Shown: positions 46,111 through 55,830, numbered from the stretch's first letter. The stretch is 64,000 nucleotides of DNA from an uncultured Clostridia bacterium (GCA_947630765.1 CANRIX010000012.1:12129-76128); one strand, 5' to 3'. Notes: generated by a model not told the origin, from the letters alone. A program made the numbers and translations.

Positions 46111-46676
46111 GTCAAATCACGTCCTTTCTGACGACGCGGCATGCTGTCGGTCTTGGAGAGGTAAAGGCGGTAGTGCCGGAACGAACGGACGAACGGCCGC
46201 TCCAGAAGCCGCTTGAAACGGAAGAACAGGTTTTTCCTGTCGCGGATGGGCGGGACGATGTAGAACCGAAGTCCCGCGCGGTGGGCGGCGACGCAGTCGG
46301 TGAAGATCTGGTCGCCGAGGGAAACCGTTTCCTCCGGCGCAAGCCCGAGTTGCCGAAGCGCGAGCCGCATGCCTTTCGGCGAGGGCTTGCCCGCCTTGCA
46401 GAACTGCGGAATGCCCCATGCACGGTTGAACCGCGTCACGCGGTCGCCGTGGTTGTTGGAAACGAAAGCCAGACGGACGCCCGCGTCCCGCAGGGCGGTG
46501 AACCACGCGTTCATCTCGTCGGTCGGCTGCTCGATCTCGTAAGGGGCGATGGTGTTGTCGAGGTCCAGCAGGATCCCCCGAACGCCGTTCGCACGCAGGA
46601 AGTCCGGCGTGATCTCGTAGATGTTTTCAAACAGGACGTCCGGGTAGAACAGCCCCTTCTTTTCGCCTCGTTCCAT
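46107..46676 (-). CDS. YqeG-family HAD-IIIA phosphatase
   Basis: 189 aa from the ATG at 46676, 9 nt after AAGGAGG. GILLDLDNTIAPY, AFVSNN, KAGKPSP and LGDQIFTD closely parallel B. subtilis YqeG. Confidence 0.88.
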   Translation of the reverse strand: MERGEKKGLFYPDVLFENIYEITPDFLRANGVRGILLDLDNTIAPYEIEQPTDEMNAWFTALRDAGVRLAFVSNNHGDRVTRFNRAWGIPQFCKAGKPSPKGMRLALRQLGLAPEETVSLGDQIFTDCVAAHRAGLRFYIVPPIRDRKNLFFRFKRLLERPFVRSFRHYRLYLSKTDSMPRRQKGRDLT

Positions 46677-46697
46677 GGGCAAACGCCTCCTTTTTTC

Positions 46698-48737
46698 TCA
46701 AGATAGGATCCACGATACCGAAAGCGGCGGCAGCGTCGCCGTCAGGACCCCGTTTTCGACGCGGACCGGCTTTGTCAGATCCCCGTGCGGCGGGTAAACG
46801 CCGTCCGGCAGGGAGAGGGTCAGCGTCGGCGACGTTTCCCGCGGGGAAGCGTTGAGCAGAAGCAGCAGCTTCCTCCCGTCCCTGCGTTCCCAAAGCTCCG
46901 AGAACGTCGCGGTATGTTCGAGCAGTCCGCCGTAGGCTTCAAACTGCATTTTGGTCGTGCGGACGCGGTGCGCGTCCCGAATGATCGGCGAACGCAGCAG
47001 CCGCCCGTCGTAGAAGTAGCTTCCGAGCGCTTCGCGGGCGTGGACGCACTTGCGGTAGAACGCCTTGTGCTGCAGCGTCCGATAGACCTCCGGCTTGATC
47101 CAGCCCATCTGCTCCCCGAAGGTCAGCGACTGGGCGGCGAGGATGTCCTGCCCCACCGCGTCGGGTGCGTAGTCGTAGCACCGTCCGAACACGGTCACGT
47201 AGTCGTTGTAGACGACCATGAAGGCGGGGACCTGGTCGTTTTTGATCCAGATCCACGAAAGGTACGCCTGAATCTCCTTCATATACGGGTCGGACGTACA
47301 TTCCGTAGCGAGATAGCGCCCGTCCGGCAGGGTGCGGCGGACGTGGTCGAGCAGGTTGCGGTAGCTTTCGACCCACCAGCTTCCCCCGCCCGGGCGGTGG
47401 GGATGGGTGCGGTCCTCGCACGGATAGGGGGTTGCGGCGCCGATCTGGTCGAGGTAGACGCCGTCCACCCCGCATTCATTGCACAGCCGGTCGACCAGCT
47501 TCGCGAGCGTTTCCTGCCAGAGCGCCGTCGAGGGGCACATGATGGCAAGTTCGATGTTGCTTGTCGGGTAGACCTCCAGAAACGGCTTGCCGTCCCGCTT
47601 TTTCGTGCAGTTGGGCAGGGCGGTGGAGGTGAACATCCAGTCCTCCTTGCCCCGGTCGTGCGTGTCCCACAGCCGCCCGTTGAGGTACGGCATGACCCGC
47701 ATTCCGTGCGCCTGCAAGCGCCGGATGCCCGGCAGAAACGCGTCCTTCGCGGGGAAATAGTGGGGGTAATTCGTGTCGTAGGGGATCTGGAACCAATCGT
47801 ACAGGTGGACCGGGCTGACCGTCGAAAGCCCGAGGTCCGCCTCCGCTTCGAGCAGTTCGTCGGCGAAGGACGGGTCCCACTGCATCCGCTTGCGCCACCA
47901 GTGCGGGTTGGTGCGGAGCCATTCCGGGGTGTCGGTCCGCCTGCCATCCTTCCGTTCGGGCAGCCACGAGGCGCTTTGCTCGCAGAACGCCCGGTAGAGC
48001 TGCGCGGCGTCGTACCAGTCGCCGTCGAATACCTGCCAGACCGCACGTCCCTCGAGCGTTTGGGAATTGCAGGCGCGGTCGATGTCCCGCAGGGGCATGG
48101 ACGCTTTCAGGCTGGCGACCGGGTCGTTCGCGTCCTTGCGGTATTCCAGCTGCTTATATGCCGGTGCGGGGTCGTGCAGACCGTAGTAGATACCCCGACC
48201 CGCGCCGGTGTGCCAGACGGCGAAATACTGCATCGACGCGCCGTAGGACGGGTAATTCTGACGGGAGGAAAAGGTCCGCGTGGCGGGATAGACCTCGCCG
48301 CAGCCGTAGGGGAAGAACACCTTCGTGCGGCTGCAGGTGCGGAAGGAGAGGATCGGGTAGTCGCAGGCGTAGAGCGTATAGGACGGGTTTTCGCTTTTCA
48401 GCTGCACCGTCCATTCGACGCGACCGTCCGACAGAAACGCGCTCAGCGCCACCGTGACGTCGGGCAATACGGCGTGGTTGGACAGCGTGAAGGAGCCGAA
48501 CGTTTCCGTGACGGACGCGTTCACCCGTCCCCAGCCCTCGTCGGCGGAAACGGTCAGCAGGTCGTCTCCGTCGGTACGGCGGGCGGTCAGCGTGAGCAGC
48601 GGCGCGTCCGACTGCAGGAAGCGGCGACCGGACTTGCGGTCGGTCACACCGCGCAGGCAGAGCCCGCTTTCCAATCGTCCGACGGCGATCTCCAGATCGC
48701 CCGCACGCAGGACGGAACAGGTTTCGGACGGCGGCAC
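46698..48737 (-). CDS. DUF6259-like putative glycoside hydrolase (beta-sandwich + TIM-barrel-like)
   Basis: 679 aa from the GTG at 48737 (RBS AGAGAGGA). No signal peptide. The family call rests on my recollection of DUF6259-type proteins (YDWFQIPYDTNYPHYFP, GVDGVYLDQIGAA, WIWIKNDQVPAF). The ORF-track start at 49430 is a shadow over comFC. Confidence 0.5.
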   Translation of the reverse strand: MPPSETCSVLRAGDLEIAVGRLESGLCLRGVTDRKSGRRFLQSDAPLLTLTARRTDGDDLLTVSADEGWGRVNASVTETFGSFTLSNHAVLPDVTVALSAFLSDGRVEWTVQLKSENPSYTLYACDYPILSFRTCSRTKVFFPYGCGEVYPATRTFSSRQNYPSYGASMQYFAVWHTGAGRGIYYGLHDPAPAYKQLEYRKDANDPVASLKASMPLRDIDRACNSQTLEGRAVWQVFDGDWYDAAQLYRAFCEQSASWLPERKDGRRTDTPEWLRTNPHWWRKRMQWDPSFADELLEAEADLGLSTVSPVHLYDWFQIPYDTNYPHYFPAKDAFLPGIRRLQAHGMRVMPYLNGRLWDTHDRGKEDWMFTSTALPNCTKKRDGKPFLEVYPTSNIELAIMCPSTALWQETLAKLVDRLCNECGVDGVYLDQIGAATPYPCEDRTHPHRPGGGSWWVESYRNLLDHVRRTLPDGRYLATECTSDPYMKEIQAYLSWIWIKNDQVPAFMVVYNDYVTVFGRCYDYAPDAVGQDILAAQSLTFGEQMGWIKPEVYRTLQHKAFYRKCVHAREALGSYFYDGRLLRSPIIRDAHRVRTTKMQFEAYGGLLEHTATFSELWERRDGRKLLLLLNASPRETSPTLTLSLPDGVYPPHGDLTKPVRVENGVLTATLPPLSVSWILS

Positions 48738-48763
48738 GGCGGTTTTCCTCTCTTTCGGGTGGT

Positions 48764-49450
48764 TTATCGTTTCGGCTGCGGGGTCTTGGCGAGCGACGCG
48801 AGGGTGACCGCCCGCGCACCTGCCTGCCGCAGCAGGGACGCGCATGCGCGCAAGGTGGCGCCCGTGGTGGACACGTCGTCGATCAGCAGCAGGCGCGGAT
48901 ACAGCGCGACGGCGGCCGGAAGAGCGGCGTACCGCCCGCGCATGCTCTTTTCCCGCTGGGACGCGGAAAGCAGTTTCTGTTCGACCGCGGAACGGCTGAC
49001 GAGCGTATCCAGCAGCGGCAGTTCCAAGCGGTCTGCGACCGCCTTCGCGAGCAGCCGCGCCTGGTCGTATCCGTACTGCCGGACACGCGCACGGCTTCGC
49101 GGCACATACGTCACCGCGTCGTACCGCCCGGTGCAGAGCGACGCGAGCAGTTCCCCGAGCGCACGCGCTTCCGCGCGGTCTGCCCGGTACTTCAGCGAGC
49201 GGACGAGCCGCTTGGAATCCGGGCTGTGATACCAGAACAGGGCGTGCAGGTGCTGCTTCTGCAGGCATTCGCATTCGGACGCCGGGCGGGAACAGACCCC
49301 GCACGGTTCGCGCAGCAGGGCGCGGAACCGATCGGCGCAGTCCGGGCAGATCGGCAGCGGCGTGACGCACGCGCCGTCCTGACAAAGCACGCAGGGCTGG
49401 GGAAACAGGCGCAGCCGCAGGGACTGCCAATCCGGCTTCTTGCGCGTCAT
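48764..49450 (-). CDS. comFC: ComF-family protein (ComFC; Zn-finger + phosphoribosyltransferase domain)
   Basis: 228 aa. Cys pairs: CVLCQ..CPDC and CGVC..CEC. PRTase motif: LLLIDDVSTTGATL. The start overlaps the recD2 stop (ATGA). Confidence 0.88.
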   Translation of the reverse strand: MTRKKPDWQSLRLRLFPQPCVLCQDGACVTPLPICPDCADRFRALLREPCGVCSRPASECECLQKQHLHALFWYHSPDSKRLVRSLKYRADRAEARALGELLASLCTGRYDAVTYVPRSRARVRQYGYDQARLLAKAVADRLELPLLDTLVSRSAVEQKLLSASQREKSMRGRYAALPAAVALYPRLLLIDDVSTTGATLRACASLLRQAGARAVTLASLAKTPQPKR

Positions 49451-51651
49451 ATCTGCTTCAGAATGCCCGGCAGGGCGGTGAATCGGACGGGCTTGCGGTC
49501 GTTTCCGACCATGATGGCGAACGTCTGCGGGTCCCCGACGGCGCAGACCATCTCCCGTGCACGCGTCACCGCCGTGTAGAGCAGGTTGCGCGTCATGAGC
49601 GGGTAGGCCGCTTCAAACGCGGGGATCAGCACGAAGCGGTATTCGCTCCCCTGGCTCTTGTGCGTCGTGATGGCGTAGGCGAGCTCCAGATCGTCGAGCA
49701 GGGAGAAATCGTAGGTGCATACCCGGTCGTCGAAGTCGATCAGCAGCGCTTCGCCCTGCGGGTCGATGCGGCGGATGCGCCCGATGTCGCCGTTGAACAC
49801 CCCGGCGCCGTCGACGCGGTTCCCCGCGCCGTCCACGCGCCGCCAGAGCAGGTCGTAGTTGTTGCGGATCTGCATGACCTTGTCCCCCTCGCGAAAGACG
49901 CGCGAGCCGGCCTTTTTCTCCCGCTTGCCGGGGGCTGGCGGATTGAGCGTTTCCTGCAGGGAGGCGTTCAGTTCGGTCGTGCCAAGCGGCCCTTTGCGGG
50001 TCCAGCAGATGATTTGAATGTCCTCGAACGGGTCCACCCCGTACCGCTTCGGCAGGCGCAGCGCGCAGAGCTGCAGCAGCGTATCCCGCACCGCGTCCGC
50101 GCCGTGCCGCTCGAGGAAGAAGAAATCGCTGTCCCGCACGGAAAGCAGCGGCATTTCGCCGCGGTTGATGCGGTGGGCGTTCATGATGATCAGGCTCTGC
50201 TCCGCCTGCCGGAAAATGTGGTGCAGCCGCACGACCGCGAACCGACCCGAATCGATCAGGTTCGCAAGGCAGTTGCCCGGTCCGACCGACGGAAGCTGGT
50301 CGACGTCCCCGATAAAGACGACGAATGTGCCCGGCTTGACCGCCCGCAGTAGCGCTTCGAGCAGCAGCGTATCGACCATGGACATCTCGTCGATGATCAG
50401 CGCCTTGCAGGGGAGCGGGTTGTCCTCGCCGCGCTGGAAGCGGGTCTGGCGGTCCTCCGTAAAGCCGGTTTCCAGCAGGCGGTGAATAGTTTTCGCTTCC
50501 CGACCCGACGCTTCGCTCATTCGCTTCGCGGCACGCCCGGTGGGGGCCGCGAGCATACAGTCTAACTTCAGGTCGTCGAACAGCTGCAGGATCGCCTTGA
50601 TGACCGTGGTTTTCCCGGTGCCGGGTCCGCCGGTGACGACGGTCACGCCCTCGGTCACGGCGTAGGTGATCGCCTGCCGCTGTTCCTCGGCGTAGGTGAT
50701 GCCGCTTTCCCGTTCGAGCGCGTCGATACGTCCGGGGATCCCGGCGGGGGTGAACGGTCGTTTTTCCCCGGCGAGCAGGATCAGCTTGGACGCGATGTAC
50801 CGCTCCGCCGTATACAGCGCCTGCGAAGCGTAGAACACGGTCCCGTCCTCCTCCGTGCGGATCAGCACCTTTTCCTCCGCAAGCGCGGAAAGCGCCCCAC
50901 ACAAAGCCGATTCCGGGACTTCCAGCGATTTCGCCGTTTGGGCGCAAAGCAGCTCCTCCGGCACGCGGCAATGCCCGTTTTGGAACGCCGCACTGTCCAG
51001 CATACAGCAGATCCCTGCCCGCAGGCGTTCCTCCGCGTCCGGCGCGACACCCAACGACTGCGCAAGGCGGTCCGCGGAACGGAATCCGATCCCGTCGAGC
51101 TCCGTGCAGAGCCGGTACGGGTTCTGCCGGATCAGGTCGACCGCCGCCGCGCCATAGCGCTTGAAGATGCGCACGCACAGCGACGGACCGAAGAAATCCC
51201 CGAACGCGAGCATGACCGAACGAAGCCCGAACTGCTGCGTAAACGATTCGTGCAGTTCGTCCGCCTTTTTCGGGGAAATGCCCCGGATCTCGCACAGCCA
51301 GCGGGGGTGGTGTTCGATGACATCGAGCGCTTCCGCGCCGAATCGGTGGATCAGCCGTTCCGCCAGCACCGGGCCGATGCCCCGCAGCGCCCCGGACGCC
51401 AGGTAGCGGTAGATGGCTTCGGCGGAATCGGGCAGCTTCTTTTCAAACGAGTCCACGCGGAACTGCCGCCCGAAGGTCGGGTGGACGGTCCAGCTGCCGT
51501 GAACCTTGACCGTCTCCCCCTCCCCGAGGAACGGCATGGTGCCGACCAGCGTGACCGGCTCGCCTGCGCAATCCATCACGCAGACCGTGTAGCCGTTTTC
51601 CGGGTTGGTATAGACCACGTCGTCGACGACGCCTTCCAGGAATTCGTCCAC
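49447..51651 (-). CDS. recD2: ATP-dependent RecD2-type SF1B DNA helicase
   Basis: 734 aa with a GTG start. RecD2 N-terminal OB/HhH region, Walker A (VVTGGPGTGKTT), DEMSMVD, and C-terminal SH3-like and AITTHKSQGSE motifs. Confidence 0.92.
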   Translation of the reverse strand: MDEFLEGVVDDVVYTNPENGYTVCVMDCAGEPVTLVGTMPFLGEGETVKVHGSWTVHPTFGRQFRVDSFEKKLPDSAEAIYRYLASGALRGIGPVLAERLIHRFGAEALDVIEHHPRWLCEIRGISPKKADELHESFTQQFGLRSVMLAFGDFFGPSLCVRIFKRYGAAAVDLIRQNPYRLCTELDGIGFRSADRLAQSLGVAPDAEERLRAGICCMLDSAAFQNGHCRVPEELLCAQTAKSLEVPESALCGALSALAEEKVLIRTEEDGTVFYASQALYTAERYIASKLILLAGEKRPFTPAGIPGRIDALERESGITYAEEQRQAITYAVTEGVTVVTGGPGTGKTTVIKAILQLFDDLKLDCMLAAPTGRAAKRMSEASGREAKTIHRLLETGFTEDRQTRFQRGEDNPLPCKALIIDEMSMVDTLLLEALLRAVKPGTFVVFIGDVDQLPSVGPGNCLANLIDSGRFAVVRLHHIFRQAEQSLIIMNAHRINRGEMPLLSVRDSDFFFLERHGADAVRDTLLQLCALRLPKRYGVDPFEDIQIICWTRKGPLGTTELNASLQETLNPPAPGKREKKAGSRVFREGDKVMQIRNNYDLLWRRVDGAGNRVDGAGVFNGDIGRIRRIDPQGEALLIDFDDRVCTYDFSLLDDLELAYAITTHKSQGSEYRFVLIPAFEAAYPLMTRNLLYTAVTRAREMVCAVGDPQTFAIMVGNDRKPVRFTALPGILKQI

Positions 51652-51660
51652 CCGCTTTTT

Positions 51661-51912
51661 TCACCACCTTCTAATGTAGATCCTGCGCTTTTCTCCGTCG
51701 GACAGGCGGCGGAGCAGTTCTTCCTCCTGCAGTTCCGACCGGCAGAGCAGGACGATCTGATACGTCCGACCGTCCCACGCGTCCTTCGCTTCGTCCCCGA
51801 ACAGCAGACAGGTGAACCGCATCCGGCGCTTCCCGAACAGCCGGAACACCTCTAAACAGACCGCCAAAAGCCCTATGGCGGCGAAGAGACAGAGCAGCAG
51901 CTCCCATACCAT
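51661..51912 (-). CDS. Hypothetical small membrane-anchored protein
   Basis: 83 aa. ATG lies 6 nt after GGTGA and directly downstream of a strong promoter. N-terminal TM WELLLCLFAAIGLLAVCL, then a charged tail. No family recognised. Confidence 0.5.
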   Translation of the reverse strand: MVWELLLCLFAAIGLLAVCLEVFRLFGKRRMRFTCLLFGDEAKDAWDGRTYQIVLLCRSELQEEELLRRLSDGEKRRIYIRRW

Positions 51913-51926
51913 GAGAAATCACCTCT

Positions 51927-51955
51927 ATTATAATATACAGGAGATGAAAAATCAA
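51927..51955 (-). promoter_or_regulatory. Sigma-A-type promoter (minus strand) heading the recD2 ... ligA gene run
   Basis: Read on the minus strand: TTGATT (51955-51950), 17 nt, TATAAT (51932-51927). Confidence 0.7.
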
Positions 51956-51991
51956 GGTGAAAATCAAAAACTTTCCTGCCGAAAACCGCAT

Positions 51992-52023
51992 AAAAAAGGT
52001 TCCCGGCGCTTTCGCGCCGGGAA
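51992..52023 (-). terminator. Rho-independent terminator (minus strand) after ispH/S1
   Basis: TTCCCGGCGC (52000-52009) pairs with GCGCCGGGAA (52014-52023). The plus-strand A-run at 51992-51997 reads as a T-run on the minus strand. Confidence 0.85.
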
Positions 52024-52044
52024 AACCGAACGATGTATAACGGA

Positions 52045-54165
52045 TTACTGCTCGGAAGCGTCCTCGGACGCGGGGGCTTCCTCCGCCGGAGCTTCCGCCG
52101 CAGGCGTTTCCGCTGCGGGAGCTTCCTCTGCCGGAACTTCCTCAGCAGGCGCTTCCGCTGCGGGGGTCTCTTCAACCGGGACCTCCTCTGCAGGGACTTC
52201 CTCCGCCGGAGCTTCCTCCTCCAAAAGCGCCTTGATGGACAGGTTGATGCGCTTGTTCTCCAGGTCGATGCCGACGATCTTGACCTTGACCCTGTCGCCG
52301 ACCTTCAGGACCGTCGCCGGGTTCGTAACGTTCTTATCGGAGATCTGGCTGTTGTGGATCAGACCGTCCAGTTCCGGAATGATCTCCGCGAACGCGCCGA
52401 ACGGCATGAGCGAAACGACCTTCACGTCCGCCACGTCGCCGATGGAATACTGGTCCGTGAACAGCTTCCACGGATCGTTTTCCGGGGTCTTGTAGCCGAG
52501 CGAGATGCGCTTGGTCTCCGGGTCGAAATGCTTGATGAACACGTTGAGCTTCTGCCCGACGGTGAGGACCTCTGCCGGCGGACGGAGCCTGCCCCAGGAC
52601 AGTTCGGAGATATGTACCATGCCGTCGACCGGGCCGATGTTGACGAACGCGCCGTAGTTCATGATGGCGCGGACCGTACCGACGAACTTCTGCCCGACTT
52701 CGAGGCTCTTATAGAATTCTTCCTCCGCCTGCTTCTTTTCGGCACGCTGCACGGCCTTGATCGAGCCGACGGCACGCTTGCGCTCCTCGTTGAGGTCGAT
52801 GATCTTGAACGTAACGCGCTGCCCCTTGAGCGGTTCGAGCGCTTCGCCCTTGGCGATGCCGGTCTGCGACGCGGGGATAAAGACGCGGGACGTGCCCTTG
52901 TTGACCACGACGCCCGCATAGCCGTCCTCCTTGCGGATGACTTCCTTGACGACGCCGGTGAGGAATTCGCCGGATTCGTGCGCCGCTTTGATGGATTCCC
53001 AGTTCTTTGCAATGTCGAGCCGCTTGCTGGAGAGTTGGACGGTGCCGTCCGAATCGCTGAACTTGACGCATATGACGTCGATCGTGTCGCCGACGTGATA
53101 CTTTTCGGTCAGGTCGATCCCGCCCTCGTCGGTGATCTCGTCGTAGGAGAGGATGCCGGTGTGCTTGGTTCCGAGATCCACTTTCAGCTCCGTGGGGCTG
53201 ACCGCGGAGACTGTGCCTGTGACCTTATCTCCCGCATGTAATGTCTTGAATGACGCCTCCAGCAGCTCTGCAAAGCTGGTTTCTTCATTCTGAATTTCTT
53301 CCATAGTGTTTCTAACCTCCTGAATTATACTACCCGGAGCGGAAGCTCCTGCAGTGATTGAAATGGATGCCGCCGCCCGGATCCGGGGACGGAGCGCTTC
53401 AAGGTCCGCAGCGCGTTCCACAAGCACAGCGTCCCTGCCGGTCTCCTTCGCAATGCGGAACAGTTTGACCGTATTGGAGCTGTTCGGAGAACCGACCACG
53501 ACCGTCAGGTCGGACGCTGCGGCAAGCGCGCGGGCCTCTTTTTGGCGGTCCTCGGTCGCCGAGCAGATGGTATCGTAAATTTTTATTTTTTCAAAGATTC
53601 CTTCGAGGAAGAGCCGGCATTTCCGCCATTCCTCCGTGTCAAACGTCGTTTGCACGGCGAGGACGACCGATTCTTCCCGCGCTTCCCGGTTCGGGAACGC
53701 CGCTTCCAGTTCGGCAAGGCCGCTGTATACGGCACTTTCGCCGGGGGCGGCGCTGACGATGCCCTGCACCTCCGGGTGGTTCCTGTCGCCGATGATCAGG
53801 AATTTCGCCCCGACGGCGGACGCCGCGATCTCGTGCAGCTTGCGCACATACGGGCAGGTCGCGTCGATGCAATCGACCCCGCTCTCCCGCAGGGAGCGGT
53901 ATATCTCTTCCGTCGTGCCGTGGGCGCGGATCAGCACCCGCGCGTCCGGCGGCAGATCGGGCAAATCGCTCGGTTGGATAAACTGTACGCCCCGCGCACG
54001 CAGGGAATCGGTAAAGACCCGGTTGTGAATCAGCTCGCCGAGGCAATACACCTCGCCCTTGCGCCGACCCGACGCCCGCTCCGCGAGCGCTTTCTCCATC
54101 AGTCCGACCGCGCGGGAAACGCCGGGACAGAATCCGGCGTGCGCGGCGACGCGCAAGGTCCTCAT
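52045..54165 (-). CDS. ispH: Bifunctional 4-hydroxy-3-methylbut-2-enyl diphosphate reductase (IspH) / ribosomal protein S1-like (4 S1 domains) fusion
   Basis: 706 aa. IspH N-terminus: AHAGFCPGVSRAV, IHN, DATCPYV, SPNSSNT. Four S1 repeats follow (GDKVTGTV.., GEFLTGVV.., GQKFVGTV.., GDVADVKV..), then an acidic Ala/Pro/Glu-rich repeat tail. Confidence 0.92.
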   Translation of the reverse strand: MRTLRVAAHAGFCPGVSRAVGLMEKALAERASGRRKGEVYCLGELIHNRVFTDSLRARGVQFIQPSDLPDLPPDARVLIRAHGTTEEIYRSLRESGVDCIDATCPYVRKLHEIAASAVGAKFLIIGDRNHPEVQGIVSAAPGESAVYSGLAELEAAFPNREAREESVVLAVQTTFDTEEWRKCRLFLEGIFEKIKIYDTICSATEDRQKEARALAAASDLTVVVGSPNSSNTVKLFRIAKETGRDAVLVERAADLEALRPRIRAAASISITAGASAPGSIIQEVRNTMEEIQNEETSFAELLEASFKTLHAGDKVTGTVSAVSPTELKVDLGTKHTGILSYDEITDEGGIDLTEKYHVGDTIDVICVKFSDSDGTVQLSSKRLDIAKNWESIKAAHESGEFLTGVVKEVIRKEDGYAGVVVNKGTSRVFIPASQTGIAKGEALEPLKGQRVTFKIIDLNEERKRAVGSIKAVQRAEKKQAEEEFYKSLEVGQKFVGTVRAIMNYGAFVNIGPVDGMVHISELSWGRLRPPAEVLTVGQKLNVFIKHFDPETKRISLGYKTPENDPWKLFTDQYSIGDVADVKVVSLMPFGAFAEIIPELDGLIHNSQISDKNVTNPATVLKVGDRVKVKIVGIDLENKRINLSIKALLEEEAPAEEVPAEEVPVEETPAAEAPAEEVPAEEAPAAETPAAEAPAEEAPASEDASEQ

Positions 54166-54767
54166 CGGTTGCCCTCCGCGACCGGCCCGCAGACCTGCGC
54201 AAAGCAGACCGCGGCGGCGGCATTCCGCCCGTTCGCCTGTTCTTCCGCGTGGTAGACCTCGTAGGGGATCGGCTCCCCGATGCGGATCAGGGTCTTTCGG
54301 AAGGGACGCGGTTTATTCCCCTTGACGATGATACTGACCGGCAGCACCGGCGCCTTCGCGCCGTTGGCGATGACGATAAGTCCGCCCATCGCCTGCTCCG
54401 GGAGCGGGTCTTCGCCCGGGATGCGCTTCCCTTGCGGGAACACCCCGACGCACCGACCCTCCCGCAGGGTTTTGATCGCTTCCCGCAGCGCGGTGAGGTT
54501 GCTTTCGCCCTCCTGCACGACCAGCACGTCGAACACCCGAAACACCGCCCGCAGCGCGGCGTGGGTCGTCAGGACCCGCTTGGCAAGGAATCGCTGCTTC
54601 CTGCGCAGCGCGATGGAGACGAAAATCGGATCGAGAAAGGAGATGTGGTTCGCGACGGAAACGTAAGCGCCTTCCGCCGGTTCGTTCTCCCGCCCGACGA
54701 CGCGGACGCGGTACAGCACATGGAACACCCCGCTCACCAGCGCCCGGGCAAGACCGTACAGGCTCAT
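54162..54767 (-). CDS. plsC: 1-acyl-sn-glycerol-3-phosphate acyltransferase
   Basis: 201 aa from the ATG at 54767. HxxxxD box (VANHISFLDP) and FPQGKR. The stop overlaps the ispH start (ATGA). The ORF-track start at 54926 is a shadow extension. Confidence 0.85.
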   Translation of the reverse strand: MSLYGLARALVSGVFHVLYRVRVVGRENEPAEGAYVSVANHISFLDPIFVSIALRRKQRFLAKRVLTTHAALRAVFRVFDVLVVQEGESNLTALREAIKTLREGRCVGVFPQGKRIPGEDPLPEQAMGGLIVIANGAKAPVLPVSIIVKGNKPRPFRKTLIRIGEPIPYEVYHAEEQANGRNAAAAVCFAQVCGPVAEGNR

Positions 54768-54774
54768 TTCGCGG

Positions 54775-55473
54775 TCAGACCGACGTCGGCAGATCGCCGA
54801 GCCGTTCGCGCACGATGGCGAGGGCCGCTTGCAGGGTCTCCTCCGCGTCCAGTCCGGAATTGTCCAGAAAAACGGCGTCCGGCGCGGGCTTCGCGGGGGC
54901 AATCTCCCGATTTTGGTCGTTCTCATCCCGCTGGCACAGGTCAGCGAGGACTTGCTCCTTCGTCACCCGTTCGCCCTTCGCGAGCAGTTCGGCGGACCGG
55001 CGCTCGGCACGCGTTTCCGGCGAGGCGGAAAGGAACAGCTTGAGCTGCGCGTCCGGCAGGACGACGGTTCCGATGTCCCGGCCGTCCATGACGACGCTGT
55101 ACTTCCGCGCGGTTTCGCGCTGGGTCTCCAGCAGGAACGCGCGGACCTGCGGGATCTTGGAGACTTGCGAACTGTACTGCGTCACGAGGGTCGTGCGGAT
55201 CTCGTCGCCGAGCTTCCGTCCGTCGAGGTAGACGGCGCTGCCGCCGTCCTCCAGCCGCATTTCCAGGTTCAGTCCGTCCAGGAGAGCGCAAACGCCCTCC
55301 GGCTTTTCCGGCGGAACGCCCGCTCGCACGGCGGCAAGACCGATGGCCCGGTAGAGGGAGCCGGTGTCGATGTACACGAACCCCAGCGCCTTTGCCAAAC
55401 GGCGGGCGAGCGTGCTTTTGCCGGAACCGGAGGGTCCGTCAATCGCAATTTGCAAGGTTTTTGCCGCGCCCAT
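54775..55473 (-). CDS. cmk: Cytidylate kinase
   Basis: 232 aa. IAIDGPSGSGKSTLARRLA..YIDTGSLYRA and GRDIGTVVLP. Confidence 0.95.
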   Translation of the reverse strand: MGAAKTLQIAIDGPSGSGKSTLARRLAKALGFVYIDTGSLYRAIGLAAVRAGVPPEKPEGVCALLDGLNLEMRLEDGGSAVYLDGRKLGDEIRTTLVTQYSSQVSKIPQVRAFLLETQRETARKYSVVMDGRDIGTVVLPDAQLKLFLSASPETRAERRSAELLAKGERVTKEQVLADLCQRDENDQNREIAPAKPAPDAVFLDNSGLDAEETLQAALAIVRERLGDLPTSV

Positions 55474-55584
55474 ATCACCGCCGCCCCTTCCGAAGTTCGC
55501 CCGGAGGTCCGCCCGTTCGACCGGCTTCGCCGACCGAATCCTGCTTTTCCCCCGAGTTTACCCAAGTCTACAATGATTGCATAT

Positions 55585-55613
55585 AGTATACACTTTTTTT
55601 TCGTGCTTCGCAA
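55585..55613 (-). promoter_or_regulatory. Sigma-A-type promoter (minus strand) of cmk-plsC-ispH/S1
   Basis: Read on the minus strand: TTGCGA (55613-55608), 17 nt, TATACT (55590-55585). Confidence 0.55.
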
Positions 55614-55830
55614 GGGGTTTTTCAAAAAAAATCAATGGTAAAAGTCAACAATATCAATACACCGTTTTTGGTAAATGCTCCAAAAATCAAAAAATTTGGT
55701 CGAAAAAAACCGAATTTTTGCACGCGCACGCGAAAATCCGGCGGTTCGGGAAATTCCCGCCGCGGCGGGAAACCCGTTGTCCGCGGCGGAAAATTTCGAC
55801 TTTTTTCGGGGATTTTTTCTTTCAAAACGG

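Noticed and set aside
55757-55789. Hairpin CCGCCGCGG...CCGCGGCGG downstream of the glucan-synthase stop as its intrinsic terminator
   Set aside because: The stem is good, but on the minus strand it is followed by GAATTTCCCG rather than a T-run. I kept it as a note only, not as a called terminator.
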